From contig OY776510.1 of the NCBI GenBank assembly GCA_963675665.1, positions 2,016,001 to 2,080,000 of the forward strand: 64,000 bases of DNA, read 5' to 3'. Positions 1 to 9,768 of this stretch are shown piece by piece (positions within the stretch are counted from its first letter, which is position 1; each line of letters opens with the position of its first letter). The notes under the pieces are model-generated. The model made no database searches. It was not told where the DNA came from and saw only the letters and a list, made by a program, of their open reading frames with translations. A program made the translations under genes and the position numbers. The DNA is from Spirochaetia bacterium. GTDB taxonomy: Bacteria; Spirochaetota; Spirochaetia; UBA9216.

Positions 1-54
1 TGTTCCTGTAAAGTAAAACGTATCCTGTAGCGGCCATACAATTAAATTCAAATT

Positions 55-142
55 CGGAAGAGGCAGGAATCGAACCTGCCTCTGCTCAATTGCAGACAAC
101 GGTTTTGAAGACCGCGGAGACCACCAGATCCCATCTGCTTCC
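55..142 (-). tRNA. selC: tRNA-Sec (anticodon UCA)
   Basis: Reverse complement folds as GGAAGCAG-AT-GGGATC(TGGT)GGTCTC-C-GCGGT(CTTCAAA)ACCGT-TG-TCTGC(AATTGA)GCAGA-G-GCAGG(TTCGATT)CCTGC-CTCTTCC-G. It has a 6-bp D stem with 4-nt loop, UCA anticodon, long variable arm and G discriminator; no CCA is encoded. Confidence 0.95.
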
Positions 143-216
143 GGTATAATTATACCATAAAACAGATCCGATTCAATCCGGTTTTTTCAGGATGGTTAAC
201 GGAACGAGGGCAGCAA

Positions 217-1404
217 TCATTTTACGGATACATTTATTATATCTTCGACCGAGGCGATTTTTTTGAGCAGTTTCTCATCCGGGGTATCATCAAGTTTAAT
301 TGTACAGACGGCAGCCTTGTCTCCCTCAAATATGCTGTTCTGCATCTCTTCAATATTGATTCCTGCACTGCGGATTTCATCGAGAACCCCCGCCAGTATT
401 CCGACGCGGTTGAAATGCCTGACGACAAGATTAACATCAGTTTCCGGTTTTGCACGCAAATTCACCACGTTGGGCGGAGTGCCGGTCTTCCGGTATTCCC
501 GAATCACCCTGACTGTTTCAGTCGCTATGGCCTCAGCTGCCTGTTCGGTTGAGGCCCCTATGTGATGGGTTCCGGTTATTATTGAGGCAAGCCCTGTGTC
601 GGTAAATTCATTTGATGTTGCCGCAGGTTCATTTTCATAGACATCAAGAGCTGCTTTAATGCCCTTGCTGTTTACAGCCGCACGAAGGGCCTCCGTATCT
701 ACAATTTCGCCCCGGGATGTATTTATAAAAATGGCACTGTTTTTCATTTCATTGAAAAAATCAGCGTTGATAAAATGCCTGGTGCCGCTGCCTGCCGCAA
801 GGTGGACAGTTACTACATCCGCAGATCCGGCCGCCTCCAGCGGAGTTGAACAGAATTCGATTCCCAGTTCTTCAGCGTATTCCGGAGTCAGACTGCGGGA
901 CCATCCGCAGACTTTCATTTCGAAACCTTTTGCTCTTGCAGCAACAGCACGGCCGATTGCACCTAAACCTATAATGCCGAGGGTCCTGCCTTTTATGCCG
1001 TTTGCCTTGCTGTACAGTTTCTTGTTCCATATGCCTGCCCTGAGATCGGCAGTACATTCAGGAATTTTACGATCAGCAGCAATCATGAGTCCCATGACCA
1101 GTTCTGCTACTGCAGCAGTGTTTTTGCCGGGACAGTTCGCAACATGAATGCCCAGCATTGAAGCTGAGTCAAGATCAATCGTATTTACACCGGCGCCCGC
1201 CCTGACGATGAGCGAAAGTTTTTGCCCGTTCTCGATGGTTTCTTTGGTTACTTTTGTTGATCTGACTACCAGGATATCGTAGGGAGAAATAGCCTCGGGG
1301 AGTGTTTCGGCGGTTAGTTCAGGATCCATTAAAACTTCAAATCCGGATGCTTTCAGTTCGGTTACGGCAGTAACTGAAAGCTTGTCCGCTATCAGAATTT
1401 TCAT
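217..1404 (-). CDS. serA: D-3-phosphoglycerate dehydrogenase-like D-2-hydroxyacid dehydrogenase with C-terminal ACT domain
   Basis: RAGAGVNTID, GLGAIG Rossmann motif, NTSRG, DVYENEP, HIGAST and ACT-like tail. Start taken at MKILIAD after GGAG. Confidence 0.8.
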   Translation of the reverse strand: MKILIADKLSVTAVTELKASGFEVLMDPELTAETLPEAISPYDILVVRSTKVTKETIENGQKLSLIVRAGAGVNTIDLDSASMLGIHVANCPGKNTAAVAELVMGLMIAADRKIPECTADLRAGIWNKKLYSKANGIKGRTLGIIGLGAIGRAVAARAKGFEMKVCGWSRSLTPEYAEELGIEFCSTPLEAAGSADVVTVHLAAGSGTRHFINADFFNEMKNSAIFINTSRGEIVDTEALRAAVNSKGIKAALDVYENEPAATSNEFTDTGLASIITGTHHIGASTEQAAEAIATETVRVIREYRKTGTPPNVVNLRAKPETDVNLVVRHFNRVGILAGVLDEIRSAGINIEEMQNSIFEGDKAAVCTIKLDDTPDEKLLKKIASVEDIINVSVK

Positions 1405-1597
1405 ATTTCCATCTCCTTCAGACAAGTATAGGACAGTTTTATCTATTTCGCAAATAAATTAAGTATCAAGTATTTTGGGGAATTATAAATGATGTAATAC
1501 GCAAAAAAAAGAACTGTAATTGAGGTAAAATGAGCGTTGCCGTATAGAATAAGCCGTGTTAAACTGGATCAACATACAATGGAGGTGAGGGTGCCAG

Positions 1598-3064
1598 ATG
1601 AAGACAAAAGAGCAGGTTTTGCAGAATACCGTTGAAAGGTGCAGGGAGCGAAACATAATAATCCCTACGTATGCGCAGATGCGTAATCCGGAATTGATTC
1701 CCGACGGAATCAGGAATGCGCTTAAGGAAATTGCAATGCAGGAATTGAACTCTCTTAACCTGTTCAGAATTACCTGGAAAAACGAACCGGTAGAAAGCGG
1801 GGGCGGCTTCGGTGATGTGAACTACATAGAACTGCCGCAGGCGATAACTGGCGTATCGGCCAGGGTATTTATGCTGATTGGAAAGTTTTTTCCAACCGGC
1901 GCCCACAAGGTAGGCGCAACCTTCGGTCCGCTTGTTGAAAAGCTGGTTACCGGCCGTTTTGATCCGACAACCCAGAAGGCGCTATGGCCTTCTACGGGAA
2001 ATTACTGCCGCGGCGGCGTATACGACTCCTGTCTGCTCGGCTGCGATTCAATTGCCATATTGCCGGAAGAAATGTCCGAAGAACGTTTTAACTGGCTGCA
2101 CAAACTGGGCGCGGAGGTATTTGCCACTCCCGGCTGCGAAAGCAACGTAAAAGAGATTTATGATAAATGCAAGGAACTCGATGCCGAGCGGGGCGATAAA
2201 ATTGTCAACCTGAACCAGTTTTCAGAAATCGGCAACCCTATGTGGCATTATGCTGTTACCGGCCCTGCAATGGAAGAGGTATACAACGCCAATAAAAAGG
2301 ACGGCCAGCGTTTCAGCGCCCTGTTTTTAACCCAGGGGTCCGCCGGTACCCTCGGGTCGGGAGAATATCTGAAAACCGTATATCCCAACATGAAGCTTTG
2401 TGCCGGAGAAGCCCTGCAGTGCCCGACTCTTTTGTATAACGGTTACGGCGGGCACAGGATTGAAGGTATAGGCGACAAGCATGTACCGTGGGTCCATAAC
2501 CTGAAAAATATGGATATGGCCGCAGCTATTGATGATGAAGCGGTAATGAGAATAATGAGGCTTTTTAATGAGCCTTCCGGCCAGGATTACCTCAGGGAAC
2601 AGGGAGTTTCTGACGCCCTGATTGCAAAACTTCCGTATCTCGGAATAAGCTCAATAGCGAATATGCTGGGCGCCGTCAAGATGGCGAAATACTATGAAAT
2701 GAATGGAAACGATATTGTTTTTACACTGGCAACTGACTCCATGGAGATGTACGGATCAAGAGTTATTGAGTATCGTCAGAAGCATGGTGAGTACAACCAT
2801 GAAAAAGCTGCGGTTTGTTACGAACGGTACCTGATGGGGACCGGCATCGACGGCATGATCGAGACAACTTATTACGATAAACGCCGGATGCACAACCTGA
2901 AGTACTTTACCTGGGTTGAGCAGCAGGGTAAGACCGTCGAAGAACTTAACGCCCAGTGGTATGATGATAACTACTGGACGGATCAATTCTCAAAAGCCGA
3001 TGAATGGGACCGTGAAATTGACGAGTTCAACGCCAAGACAGGGCTGCTTGAGAAGTACCTGTAG
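1598..3064 (+). CDS. PLP-dependent enzyme, fold type II (cysteine synthase/threonine synthase-like), substrate unknown
   Basis: PTGAHK PLP-lysine motif, STGN, GSAGT phosphate loop, IEGIG; GGAGG RBS upstream. Confidence 0.8.
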   Translation: MKTKEQVLQNTVERCRERNIIIPTYAQMRNPELIPDGIRNALKEIAMQELNSLNLFRITWKNEPVESGGGFGDVNYIELPQAITGVSARVFMLIGKFFPTGAHKVGATFGPLVEKLVTGRFDPTTQKALWPSTGNYCRGGVYDSCLLGCDSIAILPEEMSEERFNWLHKLGAEVFATPGCESNVKEIYDKCKELDAERGDKIVNLNQFSEIGNPMWHYAVTGPAMEEVYNANKKDGQRFSALFLTQGSAGTLGSGEYLKTVYPNMKLCAGEALQCPTLLYNGYGGHRIEGIGDKHVPWVHNLKNMDMAAAIDDEAVMRIMRLFNEPSGQDYLREQGVSDALIAKLPYLGISSIANMLGAVKMAKYYEMNGNDIVFTLATDSMEMYGSRVIEYRQKHGEYNHEKAAVCYERYLMGTGIDGMIETTYYDKRRMHNLKYFTWVEQQGKTVEELNAQWYDDNYWTDQFSKADEWDREIDEFNAKTGLLEKYL

Positions 3065-3087
3065 AAAGATATTATTTCGTTATACAG

Positions 3088-3117
3088 GAGGCATTCCGTA
3101 CGGGATGCCTCTTTTTT
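3088..3117 (+). terminator. Rho-independent terminator
   Basis: GAGGCATTCC-GTAC-GGGATGCCTC followed by T6. Confidence 0.85.
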
Positions 3118-3246
3118 ATAGTCTGTCGTAAAGATTGATCTCTCCTTGGAATATCAGACCGTTTTAATTTCCTGTAGGAAGAAATGAAAGTCATGTAATC
3201 CGGTGATACATTATGTTTTAAACAGGAGATTACCGGGAGGAACGGC

Positions 3247-5310
3247 ATGAAAACAAAAAAGCAGCTTTTTTGGGTTTTTGTGATTTTGATACTGGCCGGT
3301 GTGACAAGCTGCAAAAACGTGGAAAGGTTGAATCAGCCGAAAGCTGTAAAAGGAATTCTGGACCTTTCTTCCTGGAATTTCACTGATAACGGATCGATCC
3401 CGCTTTCCGGGGAATGGTCTTTCAACTGGCATGAGTTTATTATCCCCGGAGCAGGTGACTTGCCCTCAACTGAGTTTATTGATGTACCGGGAATATGGAA
3501 CGGATTTGAATATGAGGACATTATCCTGGACAATAACGGATGGGCCACTTATGTTCTGAAAGTAATTCTTCCCGATGAGGCAGTCGGAAAGCAGCTGGGC
3601 TTTTTTATTGATTACATGTATACGGCCTATTCAATATGGATCAACGGAGACAATCTTGTGGGAAACGGGATTGTCGGCACAAGCAGGGATACAATGACCC
3701 CTCAGTACCTTCCCGAAAGGGTTTCTTTTGTCTCGGATCAAAAGGAGATAATACTTACTGTTCATGTTTCAAACTTTTATCACCGCAAGGGAGGGATGCC
3801 TGAACCGATAATTTTAGGGTTTTATGAAACTGTTCAGAAATCATGGGAAAAGAAGATTCTCTACGATACCGTGCTTATTTCAGCGCTTCTGATAATGGGC
3901 ATCTATCATACTTTTTTATACGCTTACCGAAAAAGTGACAGGGCGCCTATGTTTTTTGCCCTTTATTGTTTTTCAATAGCCTTTCGAACCTTGTTTATCG
4001 GTTCAAGGCTAATCTATTTTTTCTTTCCAGGTTTCCCGTGGCAAGTGGGAATACGTCTTGATTATCTGTCTATTTTTCTTACCTTTCCGCTGTTTATCTT
4101 TTTTGTTAAAACGGTTTTTACAAAAGAAATGCTCCCCTGGGTTACAGGAATTGTGGGAATCATAAGTCTTGTTTTCGGAGCCCTGGTAATTGTATTGCCT
4201 TCCCATATATTTACTCATCTTTTAAAGTACTATGAAATTATTATCCTACTGGCCGGACTTGCTGTTTTTACAATTGTACTGAAAGCGGTGAGAAACCGGA
4301 GAGAGGGGGCGGCTGTTCTTCTGGTAGGTGTGATACTGTTTTTTCTTACGGCTGTAAATGATGTACTTCACAATAATGAGATAATTCAGACTGTCTATCT
4401 TTCAAACCTTGGGCTTTTACTTTTTACTTTCTCTCAGATAATCCTTCTTGCTTTCAGATATGATAAGGCTTTTGAAACCATAGAGAATATAAACCGGTCT
4501 TTATGGCGTTTTGTACCAAAGGAGTTTCTTGATTCTTTGGGAAGAGAGGACATTATAACGGTGGAACTGGGAGATCAGGTATCAAGAAAGATTACAGTAC
4601 TTTTTTCCGATATCAGGAATTTTACTACTATTTCGGAGCAGATGACTCCTGTGGAGAACTTTACATTTATCAATACTATTCTTGAGAGGATCGGGCCGAT
4701 AATCAGGAAAAATAATGGTTTTATAGATAAATATATTGGCGATGCTGTGATGGCTCTTTTTCTTGGAGAGCCTGATAACGCTGTAAATGCGGCTGTAGAG
4801 ATGCAGAAAGCTCTGCAGGAATTGAATGAGGATTTCGGACGAAAAGGATTTCCGGAAGTTCGTATAGGTATCGGTATTAACTCAGGCAATTCAATGCTGG
4901 GAATCGTAGGCGAGCAGAAACGTCTGGAAAGCACGGTAATATCTGATGCAGTTAACGTTGCGTCCCGTCTTGAGGGTCTGACAAAAATTTATGGTTCGAC
5001 AATTATTATCTCCGGGGATGTTGCGGACAGTCTCTCTGACGGTAAGTTTCTTATGCGATCTCTCGGGACTTCCCGTGTCAAGGGAAGAGGTGAATCGGTC
5101 AGGATTTTTGAAGTTTTTAACACTGATGACGAGGTCCTCAAAACATTAAAAATAAGCACACAGGGAAAACTTCAGGAGGCTGTGGAAATTCTGGAGTCGG
5201 GAGAGCCTGAAAAAGCAGAGGCTATTCTACGCGGTATTGACAACCGAAATCATCCGGATGCTGCGGTTGAATATTTTCTTAAAGTATGTCGGGAAGATAA
5301 ACAGATTTAA
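3247..5310 (+). CDS. Membrane class III adenylate/guanylate cyclase with 7TM-DISM sensor
   Basis: Lipobox-like VTSC, beta-sandwich extracellular domain (LSGEWSF, VPGIWN), about 7 TM helices, cyclase motifs FSDIRNFT, DKYIGDAVM, DAVNVASRLE, VKGR. Confidence 0.88.
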   Translation: MKTKKQLFWVFVILILAGVTSCKNVERLNQPKAVKGILDLSSWNFTDNGSIPLSGEWSFNWHEFIIPGAGDLPSTEFIDVPGIWNGFEYEDIILDNNGWATYVLKVILPDEAVGKQLGFFIDYMYTAYSIWINGDNLVGNGIVGTSRDTMTPQYLPERVSFVSDQKEIILTVHVSNFYHRKGGMPEPIILGFYETVQKSWEKKILYDTVLISALLIMGIYHTFLYAYRKSDRAPMFFALYCFSIAFRTLFIGSRLIYFFFPGFPWQVGIRLDYLSIFLTFPLFIFFVKTVFTKEMLPWVTGIVGIISLVFGALVIVLPSHIFTHLLKYYEIIILLAGLAVFTIVLKAVRNRREGAAVLLVGVILFFLTAVNDVLHNNEIIQTVYLSNLGLLLFTFSQIILLAFRYDKAFETIENINRSLWRFVPKEFLDSLGREDIITVELGDQVSRKITVLFSDIRNFTTISEQMTPVENFTFINTILERIGPIIRKNNGFIDKYIGDAVMALFLGEPDNAVNAAVEMQKALQELNEDFGRKGFPEVRIGIGINSGNSMLGIVGEQKRLESTVISDAVNVASRLEGLTKIYGSTIIISGDVADSLSDGKFLMRSLGTSRVKGRGESVRIFEVFNTDDEVLKTLKISTQGKLQEAVEILESGEPEKAEAILRGIDNRNHPDAAVEYFLKVCREDKQI

Positions 5311-5318
5311 GGAATTTC

Positions 5319-6014
5319 CTATTCCAACTCCAACAAGTAATCTAACGTGGAGAAAGTCCCGCTGCCCGACAATACTTCAATACCGGATTGAATTCCTGTC
5401 AGGTAAGCAAAGCTATCTTTACTATTGTTTTGTATTTCCTTTATAAACTGATGTATATCCATTTTTACTTCAGTAGTATTTTCTTTTCTTATAAAAGAGA
5501 ATACAGGCCATTTAAATTCAGGGTGCAAACCAACCCATAATTCCCATATGGAACCCTGTATTATTAATTTTTTTTGTCTTTTCCCGATCGGCGGTACTTT
5601 TCCTTTTTTATATAACCATATCATTATTTCGCCGTCCGGGTTTTCGTTTTCGATTATTCTGTTTGAAAGCCATATATCATAAGTTATATTTAAATTCCCT
5701 TCAGCAATTTGAAATAATTCAAATTTCCATGAAGTTTCTATTTTCTTGATATCCTTAATTTCAATTGGTAATTTATTATCCCTGATTTTCCAGCCCCAGT
5801 GCCAACCGTATACAATTGATGCAAATGATTTTATGGAGGTCTTTGAGCCTTTCCAGTTCCAGCTTGTTTTCCATTTTAGACTTTCGGTATTGTCCGTATT
5901 CGGTCCTATCCAGCTGCACTGGGTTCCGGAGCCGGTGCTTTCTCCCCATAAATTATTATGGAGATATAATTTATCTATTACTATGGTGTCCCCGTTCCTG
6001 CATATTTTTTTCAT
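5319..6014 (-). CDS. Glycoside hydrolase family 12 (endo-beta-glucanase-like), no evident signal peptide
   Basis: NNLWG, YDIWL, EIMIWL (nucleophile Glu) and GIE (acid/base Glu) motifs. Confidence 0.8.
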   Translation of the reverse strand: MKKICRNGDTIVIDKLYLHNNLWGESTGSGTQCSWIGPNTDNTESLKWKTSWNWKGSKTSIKSFASIVYGWHWGWKIRDNKLPIEIKDIKKIETSWKFELFQIAEGNLNITYDIWLSNRIIENENPDGEIMIWLYKKGKVPPIGKRQKKLIIQGSIWELWVGLHPEFKWPVFSFIRKENTTEVKMDIHQFIKEIQNNSKDSFAYLTGIQSGIEVLSGSGTFSTLDYLLELE

Positions 6015-6055
6015 AGTAGTTTCCTGCCTGCATGTTTAATGTGCTCTAATATTTC

Positions 6056-6084
6056 TTGACAACTGCTAACATGTATTATATATT
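6056..6084 (+). promoter_or_regulatory. sigma70 promoter of first sugar ABC operon
   Basis: TTGACA-17 nt-TATATT directly upstream of the operator. Confidence 0.65.
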
Positions 6085-6086
6085 AT

Positions 6087-6110
6087 TAAAACGTTTTACG
6101 TCAATCGATT
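6087..6110. promoter_or_regulatory. Composite LacI-type operator (TAAAACGTTTTA + AATCGATT)
   Basis: CG-centred palindrome plus a second palindrome 14 bp away; recurs at 11137-11158 and 12684-12708. Confidence 0.8.
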
Positions 6111-6123
6111 AAATAGGTTAGTT

Positions 6124-7614
6124 ATGGAAGAATCAATATTAAAGTTAACGGGAATTGAAAAACAATTTCCCGGAGTAAAAGCACTTAACGGAGTAAGTCT
6201 GGAAGTTGAGCGTGGTTGTGTTCATGCATTAATGGGAGAAAATGGTGCCGGAAAGTCAACATTAATGAAGATTTTAACCGGTATTTATACTGCGGATAAG
6301 GGAAATATATTTTTTAAAGGGGAGCTGGTTCATGTGAATAATCCTCATCACGCTATGAGTCTCGGCATCTCTATGATACATCAGGAGCTGAATCCGGTAA
6401 CGGAGATGACAGTGGGTGACAATCTTTTTCTTGGCAGGGAACCTATAAACAAAATCACACGACTTGTTGATTCAAAACAGATATTTCAAAGTACAAAGAA
6501 TCTTTTGGCCAAACTGGGTGTTACAGGGATTGCTCCGGGCATGCGGATGAAGGATTTAAGTGTAGCCCAGATGCAGATGGTTGAGATTGTTAAAGCTGTT
6601 TCATTCAACGCGGAATTAATCATTATGGATGAGCCGACTTCAGCTATATCTGTCGCCGAAGTTGAAACATTGTTCAGGATTATAAGATCACTGAAAGAAA
6701 AAGAAATATCCATTATTTATATCTCCCATAAACTGGATGAGGTTTTTTCCATTTCGGATAAAGTGACTGTTTTAAGGGATGGGGCGTATATCGGAACCGA
6801 GGATACGGAGAAATTGAATAAGGACAAATTAATAAGGATGATGGTTGGAAGAGATCTTAGTGATTTATTTCATAAAGAAAAGATTATTACGAAAGAGGTT
6901 TTTTTTGAGCTTAAAGATTTCACCAACGAAAAATATTTCAAAAATATTAATCTGAAAGTTCATAGAGGAGAAATATTGGGTCTTGCCGGTCTTATGGGAG
7001 CAGGAAGAACTGAAATTGTAGAGACAATATTCGGAATGCGCGGACAATACCAGGGAGAGATTTATAAAAACGGTAAACAAATAAACATCTCTTCTCCCGG
7101 GGATGCAATCAGAAACAAGATTGCCCTTGTTCCTGAAGACAGAAAAACACTTGGACTGTTTTTAGGTTTGTCTATCAAAGAGAATATATCAATTGCGTGG
7201 TTAAAGAAATTTTCAAAATTGCTTTGGATAATAACTCGTCGGGAAAATGTGCAATGCAGGGAATTAGCCGGAAAGCTAAAGTTAAAAGTAACGGATTTGA
7301 ACAGAATAACAAATACCCTCAGCGGAGGGAATCAACAGAAAGTAGTATTGGCGAAATGGCTTATGACTGTTCCCGATGTCCTTATCTTTGATGAACCTAC
7401 CCGGGGTATCGATGTCGGTGCTAAAGCGGAATTTTACAATATCATGGTCGGCCTTGCCAGGGAGGGGAAAGCCATCATTATGATTTCCTCGGAAATGCGG
7501 GAACTGTTAGGGATGAGTGATCGAATTCTTGTTGTTCATGACGGAAGAATTACGGGTGAGCTGGCGAGCTGTGAGGCAACGCAAGAGAAAGTACTTGAAT
7601 TAGCATGTCAATAA
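6124..7614 (+). CDS. Monosaccharide ABC transporter ATP-binding protein (RbsA/MglA type)
   Basis: GENGAGKST, DEPT, LSGGNQQK, DEPTRGIDVGAK; two ABC domains. Confidence 0.95.
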   Translation: MEESILKLTGIEKQFPGVKALNGVSLEVERGCVHALMGENGAGKSTLMKILTGIYTADKGNIFFKGELVHVNNPHHAMSLGISMIHQELNPVTEMTVGDNLFLGREPINKITRLVDSKQIFQSTKNLLAKLGVTGIAPGMRMKDLSVAQMQMVEIVKAVSFNAELIIMDEPTSAISVAEVETLFRIIRSLKEKEISIIYISHKLDEVFSISDKVTVLRDGAYIGTEDTEKLNKDKLIRMMVGRDLSDLFHKEKIITKEVFFELKDFTNEKYFKNINLKVHRGEILGLAGLMGAGRTEIVETIFGMRGQYQGEIYKNGKQINISSPGDAIRNKIALVPEDRKTLGLFLGLSIKENISIAWLKKFSKLLWIITRRENVQCRELAGKLKLKVTDLNRITNTLSGGNQQKVVLAKWLMTVPDVLIFDEPTRGIDVGAKAEFYNIMVGLAREGKAIIMISSEMRELLGMSDRILVVHDGRITGELASCEATQEKVLELACQ

Positions 7615-7627
7615 AGGAGAAATCAAT

Positions 7628-8602
7628 ATGATTAAAAAATCTGATATCGGAGAATCAAAATCGCCCGGTGTAATTATTAAGGAGTTTACGAGCATATACG
7701 GAATTTATCTGGTATTTCTGTTTATGATTATCATATTGGCCGGGCTCACAGAATCCTTCTTTACCATGAAGAATGCACTCAATGTACTGAGGCAGGCTTC
7801 GATTTTCGGGATCCTCTCTGTAGGTATGACTTTGGTTATAATCACCGGCGGGATTGATTTGTCAATAGGTTCCATTCTGGCAGTGTCGGGAGTAGTGGCG
7901 ACAATGCTGGCGCATCCGGATCCAAAATATCCGACAATCCTGATAGTTATAGTCGGTATTTCTGTAGGAGGAGCTGCCGGGCTGATAAACGGTTTTCTGG
8001 CAGGATATTCAAAAGTTACTCCCTTTATAGTGACTTTGGGAATGATGACTGCAGCACGAGGATTTGCGCTGATTGTTTCAAAGGGAAGAGGAATAATTAA
8101 TCTGTCGAAAGATTTTCAAACCCTTGGGCAGGGGGTGTTTATGGGAATACCGATCCCTATTTTCTTTTTCGCCGGAATTGTCTTAATCGGCTATCTGATT
8201 CTGCATAAAACAAGAATAGGCAGATACATCTTTGCAGTAGGAGGAAATGAGGTAGCCGCAACAGTCTCAGGGATTAATGTGGCAAGGATTAAACTTTTTG
8301 TCTATTTATTCATGGGAATGCTCTGCGGTTTTTCCGGGGTCCTTCTCGCTTCCAGAACAAATGCCGGCGTCCCGAATGCAGGAGGCGGTTATGAATTAAA
8401 TGCGATTGCTGCTGTGGTTATCGGCGGCACAGGGCTGTCCGGCGGCAAGGGGACCATACTGGGAAGCGTTGCGGGAACTTTAATTCTATGCGTACTAACC
8501 AATGGTTTGGATATTCTTAATGTGTCTTCTTACATACAGCAGATATTGATTGGAGTTATTATTATCGGTTCTGTCTGGCTTGATCAAATCAATTCAAAAT
8601 AA
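7628..8602 (+). CDS. Monosaccharide ABC transporter permease (RbsC type)
   Basis: GGIDLSIG, GGNEVAA..SGI, IAAVVIGG; hydrophobic. Confidence 0.95.
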   Translation: MIKKSDIGESKSPGVIIKEFTSIYGIYLVFLFMIIILAGLTESFFTMKNALNVLRQASIFGILSVGMTLVIITGGIDLSIGSILAVSGVVATMLAHPDPKYPTILIVIVGISVGGAAGLINGFLAGYSKVTPFIVTLGMMTAARGFALIVSKGRGIINLSKDFQTLGQGVFMGIPIPIFFFAGIVLIGYLILHKTRIGRYIFAVGGNEVAATVSGINVARIKLFVYLFMGMLCGFSGVLLASRTNAGVPNAGGGYELNAIAAVVIGGTGLSGGKGTILGSVAGTLILCVLTNGLDILNVSSYIQQILIGVIIIGSVWLDQINSK

Positions 8603-8761
8603 AAGATGATGCGGTATGGGTATAAAAGGCAATAAGGAGGTCTTGTTATGATTTAGGAATAGTTACAATCTGTATTATATATCACTTATGCCAATGATTT
8701 AACCGCCATAAACCGCGTCTTTAAAAATTAACAAGAATTAAAACTATCAGGAGGACTTTTT

Positions 8762-9712
8762 ATGAAAAAAATTATTATGTTTTTATTAGTGTTAGCAATA
8801 ATGATTCCTGGGCTCTGGGCAAGCGGAGACCAGGAATCTGGCTCTGAGCATAAAATGAAGATTGGATTGTCTCTGTTCAGTCTGACTGCAGAATATCTGG
8901 CTACATTAAAGGATAATATGCTCAATTATTGGGAGGAACAGGGACTGGAAGATAAAGTTGAGATTATTATTCTTGATGCAGGCAGCGATTCCGCCAAGCA
9001 GATTAGTCAGATTGATAACCTGATAACACAGCAGGTTGATGCGATTATTATGGTCCCGTTTGACAGAGAACAACTTGCACCATCTGTAGTCAATACTGAA
9101 AATGCTGGAATTCCCATGGTTTTGCTGGCCGCAAAAACAGTAAATCTTGATAAAGCAACTTCCTATGTCGGGTCTGATGACATTGTTTCGGGAAGACTTC
9201 AAATGGAGGATTTGGCCCAGAGAATGGGAGGAAAGGGCAATCTTGTAATTCTTCATGGGCATCCAGGTACGAATGCCGAAGTTCTGCGCCATACAGGTGC
9301 TCATGAAATATTGGAAAAGTATCCGGATATCAAGATTGTCGCCGAGAAAATTTGCGAATGGGACCGTGCGCTGGCGCTTCAAGCTGTGGAGAATCTTCTT
9401 CAGTCGGACATGAAGATTGATGCAATCTTTGCCGAGAATGATGAAATGTCAATGGGAGCGGCAAAAGCGATCGAAGGTTCCGGAATAGACAGGGAAATTT
9501 TTATCGGGGGAGTTGATGCTATTCCTGATGCGCTGCAAGCTGTTAATGAAGGCATTTTGGTGAATACAGTTTTTCAGAACAACAGGGCTCAGGCGGAGAA
9601 AGCTTTACAGGTTGCAATCGATGCTGCAAAAGGAAAGTCTGTAGAGAAATTGTATGATATCCCTTATGAATTGGTCACATTGGAGAACGTTGATCTATAT
9701 CTTGATAAATAG
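8762..9712 (+). CDS. Sugar ABC transporter substrate-binding protein (RbsB-like)
   Basis: Signal peptide and Peripla_BP_4 pattern (YVGSDD, AENDEMSMGA). Confidence 0.92.
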   Translation: MKKIIMFLLVLAIMIPGLWASGDQESGSEHKMKIGLSLFSLTAEYLATLKDNMLNYWEEQGLEDKVEIIILDAGSDSAKQISQIDNLITQQVDAIIMVPFDREQLAPSVVNTENAGIPMVLLAAKTVNLDKATSYVGSDDIVSGRLQMEDLAQRMGGKGNLVILHGHPGTNAEVLRHTGAHEILEKYPDIKIVAEKICEWDRALALQAVENLLQSDMKIDAIFAENDEMSMGAAKAIEGSGIDREIFIGGVDAIPDALQAVNEGILVNTVFQNNRAQAEKALQVAIDAAKGKSVEKLYDIPYELVTLENVDLYLDK

Positions 9713-9736
9713 AATCTTCTTTTACCGAGTTTGTAA

Positions 9737-9765
9737 AATCAGGGCTGCCTTTCACAGCCCTGATT
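9737..9765. terminator. Hairpin/terminator between convergent genes
   Basis: AATCAGGGCTG-CCTTTCA-CAGCCCTGATT, 11-bp stem. Confidence 0.7.
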
Positions 9766-9768
9766 CCG

